From Candidatus Levybacteria bacterium RIFCSPHIGHO2_02_FULL_40_18 (GTDB taxonomy: Bacteria > Patescibacteriota > Microgenomatia > Levybacterales > GWA1-39-11), in the NCBI GenBank assembly GCA_001782235.1, contig MFOC01000007.1, forward strand, positions 315,909 to 379,908: DNA of 64,000 bases. The letters run 5' to 3'. Position numbers and translations under genes: made by a program. The notes under the pieces are model-generated. The model made no database searches. It was not told the origin of the DNA and saw only the letters and a program-made list of their open reading frames with translations. Shown one piece after another: positions 18,316 to 27,282 of the stretch (positions are counted from its first letter, which is position 1; every line of letters starts with the position of its first letter).

Positions 18316-18684
18316 GCCAGATTCTGTTTTCTCGCCTCGATTCGAGTCGAAGCGGGTCGATTGCCATCTATCTCTGTTTCGATAAAGTGTCGAATCAGCC
18401 CCGATTTTACGGGATGCCCTAAACCTTGATGCTCCTGTAATGTAAGTAATAACGCATCAATTCGTAGGTTGCAGCGGGTAGGATTTCCCGTTTCACTTCT
18501 GCTCGTCTCTGTTGATCTCAAATCCTGTTGATTCAGAATCTGTTTCGAACCCCGTTTAGCAGAGTAAGGATCCGAAAACTAGCCATTTCTGATCGGAACT
18601 TACGTTCCATCCCCGACATTACGCCTGTCTGGACTTTCCTAGAGGTACCGTCTGGTACCCCTCGACAATCCTTCTTCCTAGCAT
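18298..18684 (-). ncRNA. rnpB: RNase P RNA (bacterial type, reduced)
   Basis: On the reverse complement: a 10-bp P1 helix (5' GCUAGGAAGA / 3' UCUUCCUAGC), a P3 hairpin (AGGGGUACC-AGAC-GGUACCUCU) directly followed by the P4 5' strand AGGAAAGUCCAGAC, and near the 3' end ACAGAAUCUGGCUUA (compare E. coli ACAGAACCCGGCUUA). The P4 strands carry compensatory changes. Roughly 390 nt are free of credible ORFs and have elevated GC. Confidence 0.75.
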
Positions 18685-18737
18685 AGTTAATTATACAACA
18701 ATGGGGGATCCGATGCAAACTATAAGCTCAATTGGTC

Positions 18738-18962
18738 TCACATTAATTCCCGAACAATGTAGTGGGTTATGTAGAGAATTACGAAACCTATTATAAAAGA
18801 AGCAGAAAATGATAATGTAGGATTTTCAGGGAAAAGATAAATATCCATTAGTCCCCACGCTCCTCTCCAAAAAGATACAACAGCAATCCCAATCCCAATA
18901 GCCATTATTAGCTTATGGTGAATTTTATATTTTATTTTATAGCGATGTGGAGACTTGGGCAT
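18738..18962 (-). CDS. small hypothetical membrane protein (2 TM)
   Basis: 74 aa with two hydrophobic helices (LIMAIGIGIAVVSFW; FIIGFVILYITHYIV). Confidence 0.4.
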   Translation of the reverse strand: MPKSPHRYKIKYKIHHKLIMAIGIGIAVVSFWRGAWGLMDIYLFPENPTLSFSASFIIGFVILYITHYIVRELM

Positions 18963-18980
18963 ATTTTAAGCATAGCAAAA

Positions 18981-21938
18981 TTAGTTGGCGGAACACAACA
19001 TTTTATATTCGCAGTTTTTGCAGATAATGCTCCTTGAGCACTTAAAGTCGCTTGATTCGATTTGTTCAATTTTCTTAAGAATTAGTTCACGAATTTCATC
19101 TATTCTTTCTTGCGTCATATCTTCCGATTTCTTTTTTCCCTCCTCTAGATATAAAAGAGAAACTCTTATATCTTCCGGTTTTCTTTTTAAAATCTTCTCT
19201 TCAACTTCTGTTGCGGCTAGAGCATAGACTCCTAGCTGTAAAGTATAGTTAAACTGCGACATTCCAGCAGACTTTCCTGTTTTGTAGTCGACAATCTCGA
19301 TCTTTCCATTTGAAAGCTTATTTATCCTATCAATTTTCCCGACAATTTTAACTGGATTTTTATGTTCGCGTTTAAGAAAAAAAGCAAAAGGCAATTCAAG
19401 AGAAACCGGTAAATTTTTGGGGTCAAACATTTTTTTATAATAATCCTTGACTATCTTCTCGCCAAGCGCAAACATCTTCCTCTCATAAGACTTATCGGAA
19501 TATCCTTCCGAAATCCATTTTGCCTGCAGTAAATTCAAAAAATCTGATAACGTTTGTTTCTTTCCATGTCGAAGAGCCTCGTAAAAATAATAGAAAGCGT
19601 CATGGATCGAACTTCCAAAAGAAAGAGGAGCGGTTTGAGGTGTTGGTAAATTCAATAAATGTCTTGCCCTGAAATGCAAAGGACAAATGTCAAAACTTTG
19701 TAATTGAGAATAGGAGATTCGTTCGATAGCTATTTGGGCCAAAGGCTCATCAGCCTCTGGCTGAAGCTTTTGAGGAGATTCTTGATAATCCCTTATTGTT
19801 TCGACTAATGATAATTGTTTTTCTTTTTTTTCACTTTCAATTTTCCTTATTAGATCTGGGAGCGCTTCAAAAACGAAAGGAGAAATTTTCCTCTCTCTTT
19901 TTCCGTCCGCATAAAATCTTGAGGCAGTGAAAAACAATAAGTCGCGAGTTCTGGTCATGCCTACATAAAAAAGTCGCCTTTCTTCCTGAAGATGATGATC
20001 CCCGAGAGGCACTATCTCTTTAATTAGTTGTTCGTTCAAAGGAATTTTTTCTCTTCTTTCTCTTGTCGGAAAGCGATCAACAACAAGATTCACCATAAAA
20101 ACAACCGAAAACTCAAGGCCCTTACTTCCATGCACTGTTAAAATATTGACAGCGTTCACTTCCTTAAAATCTATGTCTGAGACAAGAGGACTATCGCCTA
20201 TCTCCATTTGAAGGTCAAGCCAATCAACTATAGAATATACGTTTGCTTCAGGGTTTAGAGTTTCAAAAGTTTTGATTCTGTCAAAAAACTTTGCAATATT
20301 ATTTGCTTCTTTTTCGTCTTTTTCAGTTTTTATGTCTAGAAACGAATTTAAAAGCCCTGAATCAAGTAAGAAATAATAAAGAATTTGTCCAGGCGAATCT
20401 TTCTTAACTCTTTCTAAATGTCTTAAAATCATTTTTACTATTTTTTGGGCCTTTGCTTTTGTCTGATTCGGCAAGTCTGTTTCGTTCGCATGCTCGAGTG
20501 TTTCAAATAAAGTCCAATTTTTCTTTCGATTCCACGCTAAGAATTGATTAATTTCGCGCGATGTAAAGCTAAATATATCCATGTTTAAAACACGATATAG
20601 CGAAACTGAATCGTCAAGATTATATAAAACTTTAAAATAAGCAATTAGATTTTTGATCTCCTCCCGCTGGAAAAGATACCCCAGGCCTAGGAATTGGTAG
20701 GGAATTTTATTTCTTTGTAAGGAGACCATTATGGGTTGGGCGTGATTGTTTGCGCGGACAAGAATTGCGATATCTGAATACTTGTAATTTGACCCCGATT
20801 TAATCGGGGTTGAATTTCTCATAATCGATTTAATTTTTTGGGCGATTTTTTCTGCTTCTTCATCAACTCTGTCTGTTAAAATAATTTCAATAGGTTTCCC
20901 CCGAATTTTTCTTTCGGATACTAATTTTTTGTTTATGTTCTCAACAACCTCCAAACGATTTGGATTATTATTTTGAATCATAGCATAAGCGCGATCTAGA
21001 ATTTCTTGAGTAGATCGATAATTTTTAATCAAGGTTATAATTTTTGCTTTTGGGAAGTTATTCCTGAATTGTATTACGTTTGATAAAGCCGCTCCTCGCC
21101 AGCGATAGATCGCCTGGTCATCATCCGCAACAACGGTAATATTTTGCTGTGCTCCGGAAAGGAGCATCGCTAGCTCATTCTGCGCATAGTTAGTATCCTG
21201 AAATTCATCAACCAGAATATACTTGAATTGATTTTGATATCGCTTAAGAATATTTTTTCTGATTCGAAGTAAAAACAGTGCTTGAGAAATTAAATCTGCA
21301 AAATCCAACATCCCTTCTTTTAATTTAAGCTGCGAATATTGTTTATAAGCATTTGCTAATTCGAGGGTTTTCTCGACCTCAAGAATCTCCTCATCTTCTT
21401 TTGACTTTTTCCGCCCGAGGCGGATCAGCCTTTGGCTAAGGCTTTGGGCGAAGCTAACATATTCATCGGGTGTTATGTCTTCATCCGCAAGCCTTGAGAA
21501 GTGTGTTAGTAATGCTTCTAAAAACTTGTTCGGACTTCCAAGCGGGCGAAAATATTCAAGATCAAGTTTAAATAGGTGTTTTTTGAGGAACAAGATACTT
21601 TCTGATTCTGTAATTAACTTAAAATTTGGGTTTAATCCTATTGAAATTCCTTCTTGGCGAAGTATATTGTCGCAGAAAGTGTGGAATGTTGAGATCCACA
21701 TTTGGGTGTATCCATAGGGCATTATCCGGTCAACCCTGTCCTCCATCTCCTTTGCAGCCTTATCAGTAAACGTTAAGGCAAGAATTTCGTCCGGTTTTGC
21801 CAATTTTTGCTTGATTAGATATTTGATTCGCTCGGTAATCACGGTGGTCTTGCCAGTTCCTGCTCCTGCAATAATTAAAAGAGGTCCGATTCTATGTTCA
21901 ATTGCCTTCTTCTGTTCGGAGTTTAGTTTGAGAGCCAT
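18981..21938 (-). CDS. UvrD/PcrA-family ATP-dependent DNA helicase fused to C-terminal RecB/Cas4-like PD-(D/E)xK nuclease domain
   Basis: N-terminal GAGTGKTT Walker A and UvrD helicase motifs (DEFQDTN, VGMTRTRD...). The C-terminal ~250 aa carry a RecB-nuclease-like region (IEIVDYKTGK) ending in a Cys cluster (CSRSIICKNCEYKMLC), as in AddB/Cas4 Fe-S nucleases. Confidence 0.8.
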   Translation of the reverse strand: MALKLNSEQKKAIEHRIGPLLIIAGAGTGKTTVITERIKYLIKQKLAKPDEILALTFTDKAAKEMEDRVDRIMPYGYTQMWISTFHTFCDNILRQEGISIGLNPNFKLITESESILFLKKHLFKLDLEYFRPLGSPNKFLEALLTHFSRLADEDITPDEYVSFAQSLSQRLIRLGRKKSKEDEEILEVEKTLELANAYKQYSQLKLKEGMLDFADLISQALFLLRIRKNILKRYQNQFKYILVDEFQDTNYAQNELAMLLSGAQQNITVVADDDQAIYRWRGAALSNVIQFRNNFPKAKIITLIKNYRSTQEILDRAYAMIQNNNPNRLEVVENINKKLVSERKIRGKPIEIILTDRVDEEAEKIAQKIKSIMRNSTPIKSGSNYKYSDIAILVRANNHAQPIMVSLQRNKIPYQFLGLGYLFQREEIKNLIAYFKVLYNLDDSVSLYRVLNMDIFSFTSREINQFLAWNRKKNWTLFETLEHANETDLPNQTKAKAQKIVKMILRHLERVKKDSPGQILYYFLLDSGLLNSFLDIKTEKDEKEANNIAKFFDRIKTFETLNPEANVYSIVDWLDLQMEIGDSPLVSDIDFKEVNAVNILTVHGSKGLEFSVVFMVNLVVDRFPTRERREKIPLNEQLIKEIVPLGDHHLQEERRLFYVGMTRTRDLLFFTASRFYADGKRERKISPFVFEALPDLIRKIESEKKEKQLSLVETIRDYQESPQKLQPEADEPLAQIAIERISYSQLQSFDICPLHFRARHLLNLPTPQTAPLSFGSSIHDAFYYFYEALRHGKKQTLSDFLNLLQAKWISEGYSDKSYERKMFALGEKIVKDYYKKMFDPKNLPVSLELPFAFFLKREHKNPVKIVGKIDRINKLSNGKIEIVDYKTGKSAGMSQFNYTLQLGVYALAATEVEEKILKRKPEDIRVSLLYLEEGKKKSEDMTQERIDEIRELILKKIEQIESSDFKCSRSIICKNCEYKMLCSAN

Positions 21939-21956
21939 AAGGTGGGCTCTATTTTA

Positions 21957-22169
21957 TCACTTTTCGCCGAGTTGTTTTTTGAGGAGGGCTAGTGTGTTTC
22001 TTTTTGCCTCCTCCACTGTTTGCCCTTCGGCTTTTGCAGCTTCTTCAAACGTTTTTTCTGTTATATTTTCAGGATGCCCCATGTCGTCATCGGGCATCTC
22101 ACATCCGCAGTTATAACACATAGTCTTTTTCCCCAATTGGGTCTTGCCAATTAGGGGTCCCGATTTCAC
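21957..22169 (-). CDS. small Cys-rich hypothetical protein (possible metal-binding)
   Basis: MCYNCGCEMPDDDMGHPENI... The real start may be the internal Met (~54 aa). No confident family assignment. Confidence 0.3.
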   Translation of the reverse strand: MKSGPLIGKTQLGKKTMCYNCGCEMPDDDMGHPENITEKTFEEAAKAEGQTVEEAKRNTLALLKKQLGEK

Positions 22170-22179
22170 TTAGGTCTAT

Positions 22180-22560
22180 CTATTCTACAATAATAGTGCC
22201 CGTTTGTGAAGGCTTGAGATGGTTATGGTAGCCGTATATTCCTGTTTGCTCGAATGTCACTTGAACTGAGGAGCTGGAAGGAAATTCCCCACGATTCAGA
22301 AATCTATATAAGTTGTGGGTGGGATGAGGATCTGAATTTACAGTAACAGTATCTCCGCTTTGATTAATCCAAATCACAGTCTCACCCCTTTTAATCGTTA
22401 GTGACTGCGGGGAGAATCCGTCTTTGTTCACTATAACTTCACTCCTTGAAATAGGTGGCGGTCCCGGCTCGGTTTTCTTAAGAGTTTTAGAAACAAAAAA
22501 AAGTAGAAGTCCAATTCCAATGATAACTATCAAAACAATTGGAACAATAGGTTTTCGCAT
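22180..22560 (-). CDS. membrane-anchored cupredoxin-like (plastocyanin-fold) domain protein
   Basis: N-terminal TM helix followed by a ~90-aa beta-rich domain with His-rich segments (DPHPTHNLY ... GYHNH) reminiscent of cupredoxin and EfeO-like metal sites. No Cys ligand is present. Confidence 0.4.
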   Translation of the reverse strand: MRKPIVPIVLIVIIGIGLLLFFVSKTLKKTEPGPPPISRSEVIVNKDGFSPQSLTIKRGETVIWINQSGDTVTVNSDPHPTHNLYRFLNRGEFPSSSSVQVTFEQTGIYGYHNHLKPSQTGTIIVE

Positions 22561-22596
22561 GATATTGAACTGAGATCCTTCGCTTGCGCTCAGGAT

Positions 22597-22620
22597 GATA
22601 GTGGGATATATCCCACTATC
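22597..22620. promoter_or_regulatory. perfect 24-bp palindrome GATAGTGGGATA|TATCCCACTATC in divergent promoter region
   Basis: Sits between the start of the minus-strand cupredoxin-like gene (22560) and the plus-strand FAD/NAD oxidoreductase (22675). Confidence 0.7.
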
Positions 22621-22674
22621 AATAAGTTAGCATAAAGTATTGTATAAAATCAAGAAATAATTTATATTATTTCC

Positions 22675-23373
22675 ATGTCAAATCCCCCGCAAAGTTTTAT
22701 TTCTCGCTTAATAAGAAAAGAACAGCTCACGCAAGATACATATTCTTTATACTTTGGAAGGCCGCAAGCTTTCGAATTTATTCCCGGACAATACATAAAG
22801 ATGATATTAAATATCGATAATCCTGACGAGCGCGGTACATCGCGTTTCTTTACAATCGCTGCCTCACCAACAGAGCGCGATCATTTAATGATTGTAACAA
22901 GAATTCTTCAAAGTTCTTTCAAGAAAACACTTGGGAATTTGTCCATTGGCGCAGAGATTCAGATGAGGGGTCCGCATGGAGCATTCGTACTTGATGAAAA
23001 GGATATAAGAAAGAGGGTGTACTTAGCTGGAGGGATTGGAATAACACCTGCAAGATCAATGCTTGTGTATTTGCGAGATAAAAACCTTCCTATTCCTTTC
23101 ACTTTAATGGCGTCTTTTAGCAATAAAGATGAGATTATTTTTCAAGATGAATTAACTTCACTTTCTAATGATGCTCGAAGAATAATATATGTAATAACTT
23201 CTGAGGAAGGGCGAATTGATGAGGAGAAAATTAAGAAAAATATTCCAGACATTTTAAATTCGCTTTTTAATATATCAGGGCCTCCCGGATTTGTCAGCGC
23301 AATGGAGCAATTAGTCAAAAGTATTGGGGTTGCGGAAGAAAATATCAAAACTGAAGACTTCCCCGGTTACTGA
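22675..23373 (+). CDS. FAD/NAD(P)-binding oxidoreductase (ferredoxin-NADP reductase-like fold)
   Basis: The RFFTIAS motif (compare the RxYS FAD site) and YLAGGIGITP (NAD(P)-binding glycine motif). Confidence 0.7.
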   Translation: MSNPPQSFISRLIRKEQLTQDTYSLYFGRPQAFEFIPGQYIKMILNIDNPDERGTSRFFTIAASPTERDHLMIVTRILQSSFKKTLGNLSIGAEIQMRGPHGAFVLDEKDIRKRVYLAGGIGITPARSMLVYLRDKNLPIPFTLMASFSNKDEIIFQDELTSLSNDARRIIYVITSEEGRIDEEKIKKNIPDILNSLFNISGPPGFVSAMEQLVKSIGVAEENIKTEDFPGY

Positions 23374-23426
23374 CAAAATGTCTAGGAAATTAAATATCTT
23401 GCCTTAGAGTGGTATAATATACCTCC

Positions 23427-24554
23427 ATGATTCTCTATCTTGCTTTGGGATTTTTGTTAGGCACTATTATTGCCGCCTCGGTAGTCTTCTTACTCCTTAA
23501 AAGTAAGAATTCCAAAATTTCAGAAGAAATCGAAGACAAAATAAAAAGTAGTTTACCGGATTTATTCAAACCGATAACCGAGCAAGTTATAATGCTGGCG
23601 GAAGAGAAACTAAAGGCACAAAAGGACGATATAAAAACGGATTTAAATAATAAAAAAGATGCCATAGAAAAAATGGTTAAGCAAATAGGTGAAGATATGG
23701 CAAAAAATAACAAGAGATTGGAAGACAGTGATAAAGACAGAATAGGCTCATTTAGCGTATTAACTCAAGAGTTGAAAAATCAAAAAATACTTACCGAACA
23801 ACTTAAAATTACTACCGAAGGCTTAAAGAACGTACTTTCAAACAATCAACTTCGAGGACAGTTTGGTGAGCAAATAGCTGAGGATTTACTGAAAATGAGT
23901 GGATTTGTAGGTGGTGTTGATTATGTTAAGAATCAGAATCAATCAACAAATACTCGTCCAGACTTTACTATTCTACTTCCTGATGGAGTAAAAATAAATG
24001 TTGACTCAAAATTTCCATATGCAAATCTTCAAAAGGTAGCTGAGTCGGAAGGCAAGGTTGCTAAAGCTCAGCATATGAAAGCATTCGAAACAGATGTCAA
24101 AAATAAAATAAGAGATATAACGTCTAAAGATTACATAAATCCAGAAGAAAACACAGTAGATTTTGTAATACTTTTTGTTCCTAATGAAATGATATTTTCA
24201 TACATTTACGATAAAATGAATAATATTTGGACAGAAGGCATGAGGCGAAAGGTTATTTTCGCTGGACCGTTTAGCTTCACAGCAATATTAAGGCTAGTTA
24301 GACAATCTTACAGTAATTTTAAGTATCAAAAGGAACTCCATAATATTATTATGAATATTAAAGTTTTCGAAAACGAATTCAAGAAATATAATGAAGAATT
24401 CGAAAAAATAGGAGATAGAATTACTTCTTTAACAAAACAATACGATGAAGTCAATAATACTAGAACTAAGCAACTAAATCGGTCAATTGATAAAATCAAC
24501 TTAGAGTCAGCAGTTGAAGAACTTGCTCCACTTGAAGAACAGATAAAGAATTAA
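23427..24554 (+). CDS. rmuC: DNA recombination protein RmuC
   Basis: N-terminal TM helix, a long coiled coil, and the RmuC core (RPDFTILLPDGVKINVDSKFPYANL ... FVILFVPNEMIFS). Confidence 0.75.
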   Translation: MILYLALGFLLGTIIAASVVFLLLKSKNSKISEEIEDKIKSSLPDLFKPITEQVIMLAEEKLKAQKDDIKTDLNNKKDAIEKMVKQIGEDMAKNNKRLEDSDKDRIGSFSVLTQELKNQKILTEQLKITTEGLKNVLSNNQLRGQFGEQIAEDLLKMSGFVGGVDYVKNQNQSTNTRPDFTILLPDGVKINVDSKFPYANLQKVAESEGKVAKAQHMKAFETDVKNKIRDITSKDYINPEENTVDFVILFVPNEMIFSYIYDKMNNIWTEGMRRKVIFAGPFSFTAILRLVRQSYSNFKYQKELHNIIMNIKVFENEFKKYNEEFEKIGDRITSLTKQYDEVNNTRTKQLNRSIDKINLESAVEELAPLEEQIKN

Positions 24555-24555
24555 T

Positions 24556-25086
24556 TTATTTATTTCTCTCGAGGGATTTGTAAAGGACTATTGCCAGACT
24601 GACTATTACATTGAGGCTGACATTTACGCCAAACAGGGGGAGTTCGACAATTTGATCTGAGATTTCAAGAGTCTCTTTTGAGACGCCGCGGGTCTCATTT
24701 CCAACTACTAGCGCGATAGGGAATTCGTAATCTGCCTCCGTATATGGAATACTTTTCGAAGATTGCTCAATCGCAATCACTTTTAGATTTAAGATGTAAG
24801 ATTTAAGATGTAAGATGGCGGATTTGGTGTCAACGACATGCTCCCAGTCGACCCATTCGGTTGTGTTAATCGAAGCCTTCTTGATTCGGGAATTTGGCGG
24901 GGTTTCAGTGTATCCGCAAAGCAAAAGTTTTTTTGCAGCAACTGCATCAGCCAATCGAAAAATTGCACCGACATTATATGTATCCAAGACGTTATCAAGA
25001 ACTATATAAATATCGTTTTTTTTGATTTTACCTTTTTCTTTTTCAGAGGATGAGCTCCGCCTCAATTTATATGCGTTTAACTTCAT
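24556..25086 (-). CDS. SpoU/TrmH-family RNA 2'-O-methyltransferase
   Basis: SPOUT motifs (IYIVLDNVLDTYNVGAIFRLADA ... ALVVGNETRGVS ... LNVIVSLAIVLY). Confidence 0.75.
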   Translation of the reverse strand: MKLNAYKLRRSSSSEKEKGKIKKNDIYIVLDNVLDTYNVGAIFRLADAVAAKKLLLCGYTETPPNSRIKKASINTTEWVDWEHVVDTKSAILHLKSYILNLKVIAIEQSSKSIPYTEADYEFPIALVVGNETRGVSKETLEISDQIVELPLFGVNVSLNVIVSLAIVLYKSLERNK

Positions 25087-27152
25087 TGTTCACTTGGGGC
25101 AGGGGTAGATGGCACAGCTTGTTTCACAAGTTGGGCTTTAGTCCACACCGCAAAATCACACTTTGGATAGTTGCCGCATCCGTAAAATGTTCGGCCGCGG
25201 CGCGTCCTTTTCAGTACCATCTTACCTTGGTCGCGAGGGCATAAGTAACCCGATTCCTCAGCAAAAGATTCACGGAATTTGCAGTTCGGAAAATTAGAGC
25301 ATGCCTTAAACTTACCGAATCTACCGATTCTAATAACAACGTCACCGCCGTCGAGCGGACATTTTTCGCCTGTTTTTTCAAGCTCAATCTTAATTTTTTT
25401 CTCCTCTTGCGCATCTTTTAAGTGCTTCTCGAATGGTCCGTAAAATTCTTTTATAACCGGAACCCAGTCCGTTTTACCGTCTGCTACCTCATCAAGTTTG
25501 TCTTCCATAGACGCTGTAAAAGGAATATCATCTATTGTTGAGAAGTTTTTAACCAAAAAATCATTCACCAGAGTCCCTATCTCAGTTGGCTTAAAGCGAT
25601 TTTCTTCTTTTTCAACATAAAATCTTGCTTCTATTGTTGAAATAATCGGCGCATAAGTTGAGGGACGTCCGATTCCGTGTTCCTCAAGCGCACTAATCAA
25701 AGATGCTTCACTATATCTTGGAGGCGGATTGGTATTGTGAGAGGTGATATTAATTTTGCGAAGATCCAATTTTTCATCTTTTTGAAGTTCCGGTATCAAC
25801 TGCTCTTCATCCTCGTAAAACCAGATTTTAAGAAATCCATCGAATTTTATCACGCGACCATTTGCTACAAAATCATAAGCTTTGCTATCTTTCACCTGGG
25901 CCTCGACTCGGGTAGAAAGGAATACTGCATCTGCCATTTGAGTTGATAGAGCTCTTTTATATATAAGACTGTAAAGCTTTGCAAAATCTCTTCCGAGTTT
26001 TGCAGTGACCGTCTCTTCATCTTCGAATAAATTAGTGGGGCGTATTGCTTCGTGTGCTTCTTGAGCAAGCTTTGATTTCGTATGGTAAATTCGGGGTGTT
26101 TGAGGTAGGTATTTTCCCCCAAAATTTTTCTCAATATAATTTCTTGCAGCGGATATAAATTCATTCGAAAGATTGTAGGAATCGGTTCTGTGATAGCTTA
26201 TAAAGCCTTCTTCATATAATCTCTGTGCTAAGCCCATGGTTCGTTTACTTGTGTAACCGAAACGGCGAGAAGCCTCAATCTGAAGAAGCGATGTGGTAAA
26301 GGGAGGATAAGGCGCACGTTTTGTTTCTTTTTGAATTACGTCTGTAACAACAAAATCTTTATTTGCAAGATCGTTCTGGATTGATTCGGCATCCGTGTTC
26401 GACAATCGGGTTTCGGCATATTTGTATTCCCCATCATAAAGAGGTAGGGTAGTTGTTTTTTCAATCGGCTCATCGTTTATCTTAACCAACTCAAAAGTTA
26501 TCGGCTGGTTTTCTCCCCTCCAGGCCGGAGGCCCTCCAGGGCCGGAGGCCTGTTTATTAACGACGACAAAAACTCTATAAAATTCTGTGCTTTTGAATTT
26601 TTCAATTTCGCGCTCACGCTCAACAATTAATCGAAGCGCTATAGACTGAACGCGACCGGCTGACAATCCCTTTTTGATTTTCATCCAAAGAATTGGCGAA
26701 AGCTTGTATCCTACAACTCGATCTAAAACACGTCTTCCGGTTTGCGCGGCAACAAGATTCATGTCTATCTCCTTTGGATGTTCCAAGGCTTCGTTAATTG
26801 CGGTAGGCGTGATTTCATGGAAGACAATTCGATCGAACTTAGTTTTCTTATTTTCCTCCGATAAAACCGTTTTGAGATGATATGAGATTGCTTCTCCTTC
26901 GCGGTCCGGATCTGTTGCCAAAATTATTCGATCGACATCTTTTACTTCCTCAATTAAACCCTCAACAATTTTCCTCTTATCTTTTGGGATTACATACGAG
27001 GGTGTGAAGTCATGATCAATATCCACCCCCAAAGCCCCCTTTGGCAAATCTCGAATATGCCCCATCGATGCCTCTATTTTGTACTTTTCTCCAAGAAACC
27101 TCGATAATGTTTTCGCCTTAGTGGGAGACTCGACAAGTATTAAAGATTTCAT
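25083..27152 (-). CDS. topA: DNA topoisomerase I
   Basis: Toprim N-terminus (LILVESPTKAKTLSRFLG...GHIRDLP), the Topo IA core, and C-terminal Zn-ribbon repeats (CPLDGG..., CPRDQGKM..., CGNYPKC). Confidence 0.9.
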   Translation of the reverse strand: MKSLILVESPTKAKTLSRFLGEKYKIEASMGHIRDLPKGALGVDIDHDFTPSYVIPKDKRKIVEGLIEEVKDVDRIILATDPDREGEAISYHLKTVLSEENKKTKFDRIVFHEITPTAINEALEHPKEIDMNLVAAQTGRRVLDRVVGYKLSPILWMKIKKGLSAGRVQSIALRLIVEREREIEKFKSTEFYRVFVVVNKQASGPGGPPAWRGENQPITFELVKINDEPIEKTTTLPLYDGEYKYAETRLSNTDAESIQNDLANKDFVVTDVIQKETKRAPYPPFTTSLLQIEASRRFGYTSKRTMGLAQRLYEEGFISYHRTDSYNLSNEFISAARNYIEKNFGGKYLPQTPRIYHTKSKLAQEAHEAIRPTNLFEDEETVTAKLGRDFAKLYSLIYKRALSTQMADAVFLSTRVEAQVKDSKAYDFVANGRVIKFDGFLKIWFYEDEEQLIPELQKDEKLDLRKINITSHNTNPPPRYSEASLISALEEHGIGRPSTYAPIISTIEARFYVEKEENRFKPTEIGTLVNDFLVKNFSTIDDIPFTASMEDKLDEVADGKTDWVPVIKEFYGPFEKHLKDAQEEKKIKIELEKTGEKCPLDGGDVVIRIGRFGKFKACSNFPNCKFRESFAEESGYLCPRDQGKMVLKRTRRGRTFYGCGNYPKCDFAVWTKAQLVKQAVPSTPAPSEQ

Positions 27153-27282
27153 ATTTTTCAGTTCTCTGTTCTCAGTTTTCGGTTTTCGGATCCCGGTTTA
27201 CCGGTCGTCAGTTTATCAGTTAAATTAGTATAACAAAGAGAAGTCATGTATTGTAAAGGGCAGAAACCAGTTTTGCAAGGGG

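Noticed and set aside
18198-18718. ORF-track entries 18198-18521(-) and 18533-18718(-) as protein-coding genes
   Set aside because: They fall entirely inside the region that folds as RNase P RNA (P1, P3, P4 elements identified). Their composition is Arg/Ser/Thr-rich and low-complexity, as expected for translation of a structured GC-rich RNA gene.
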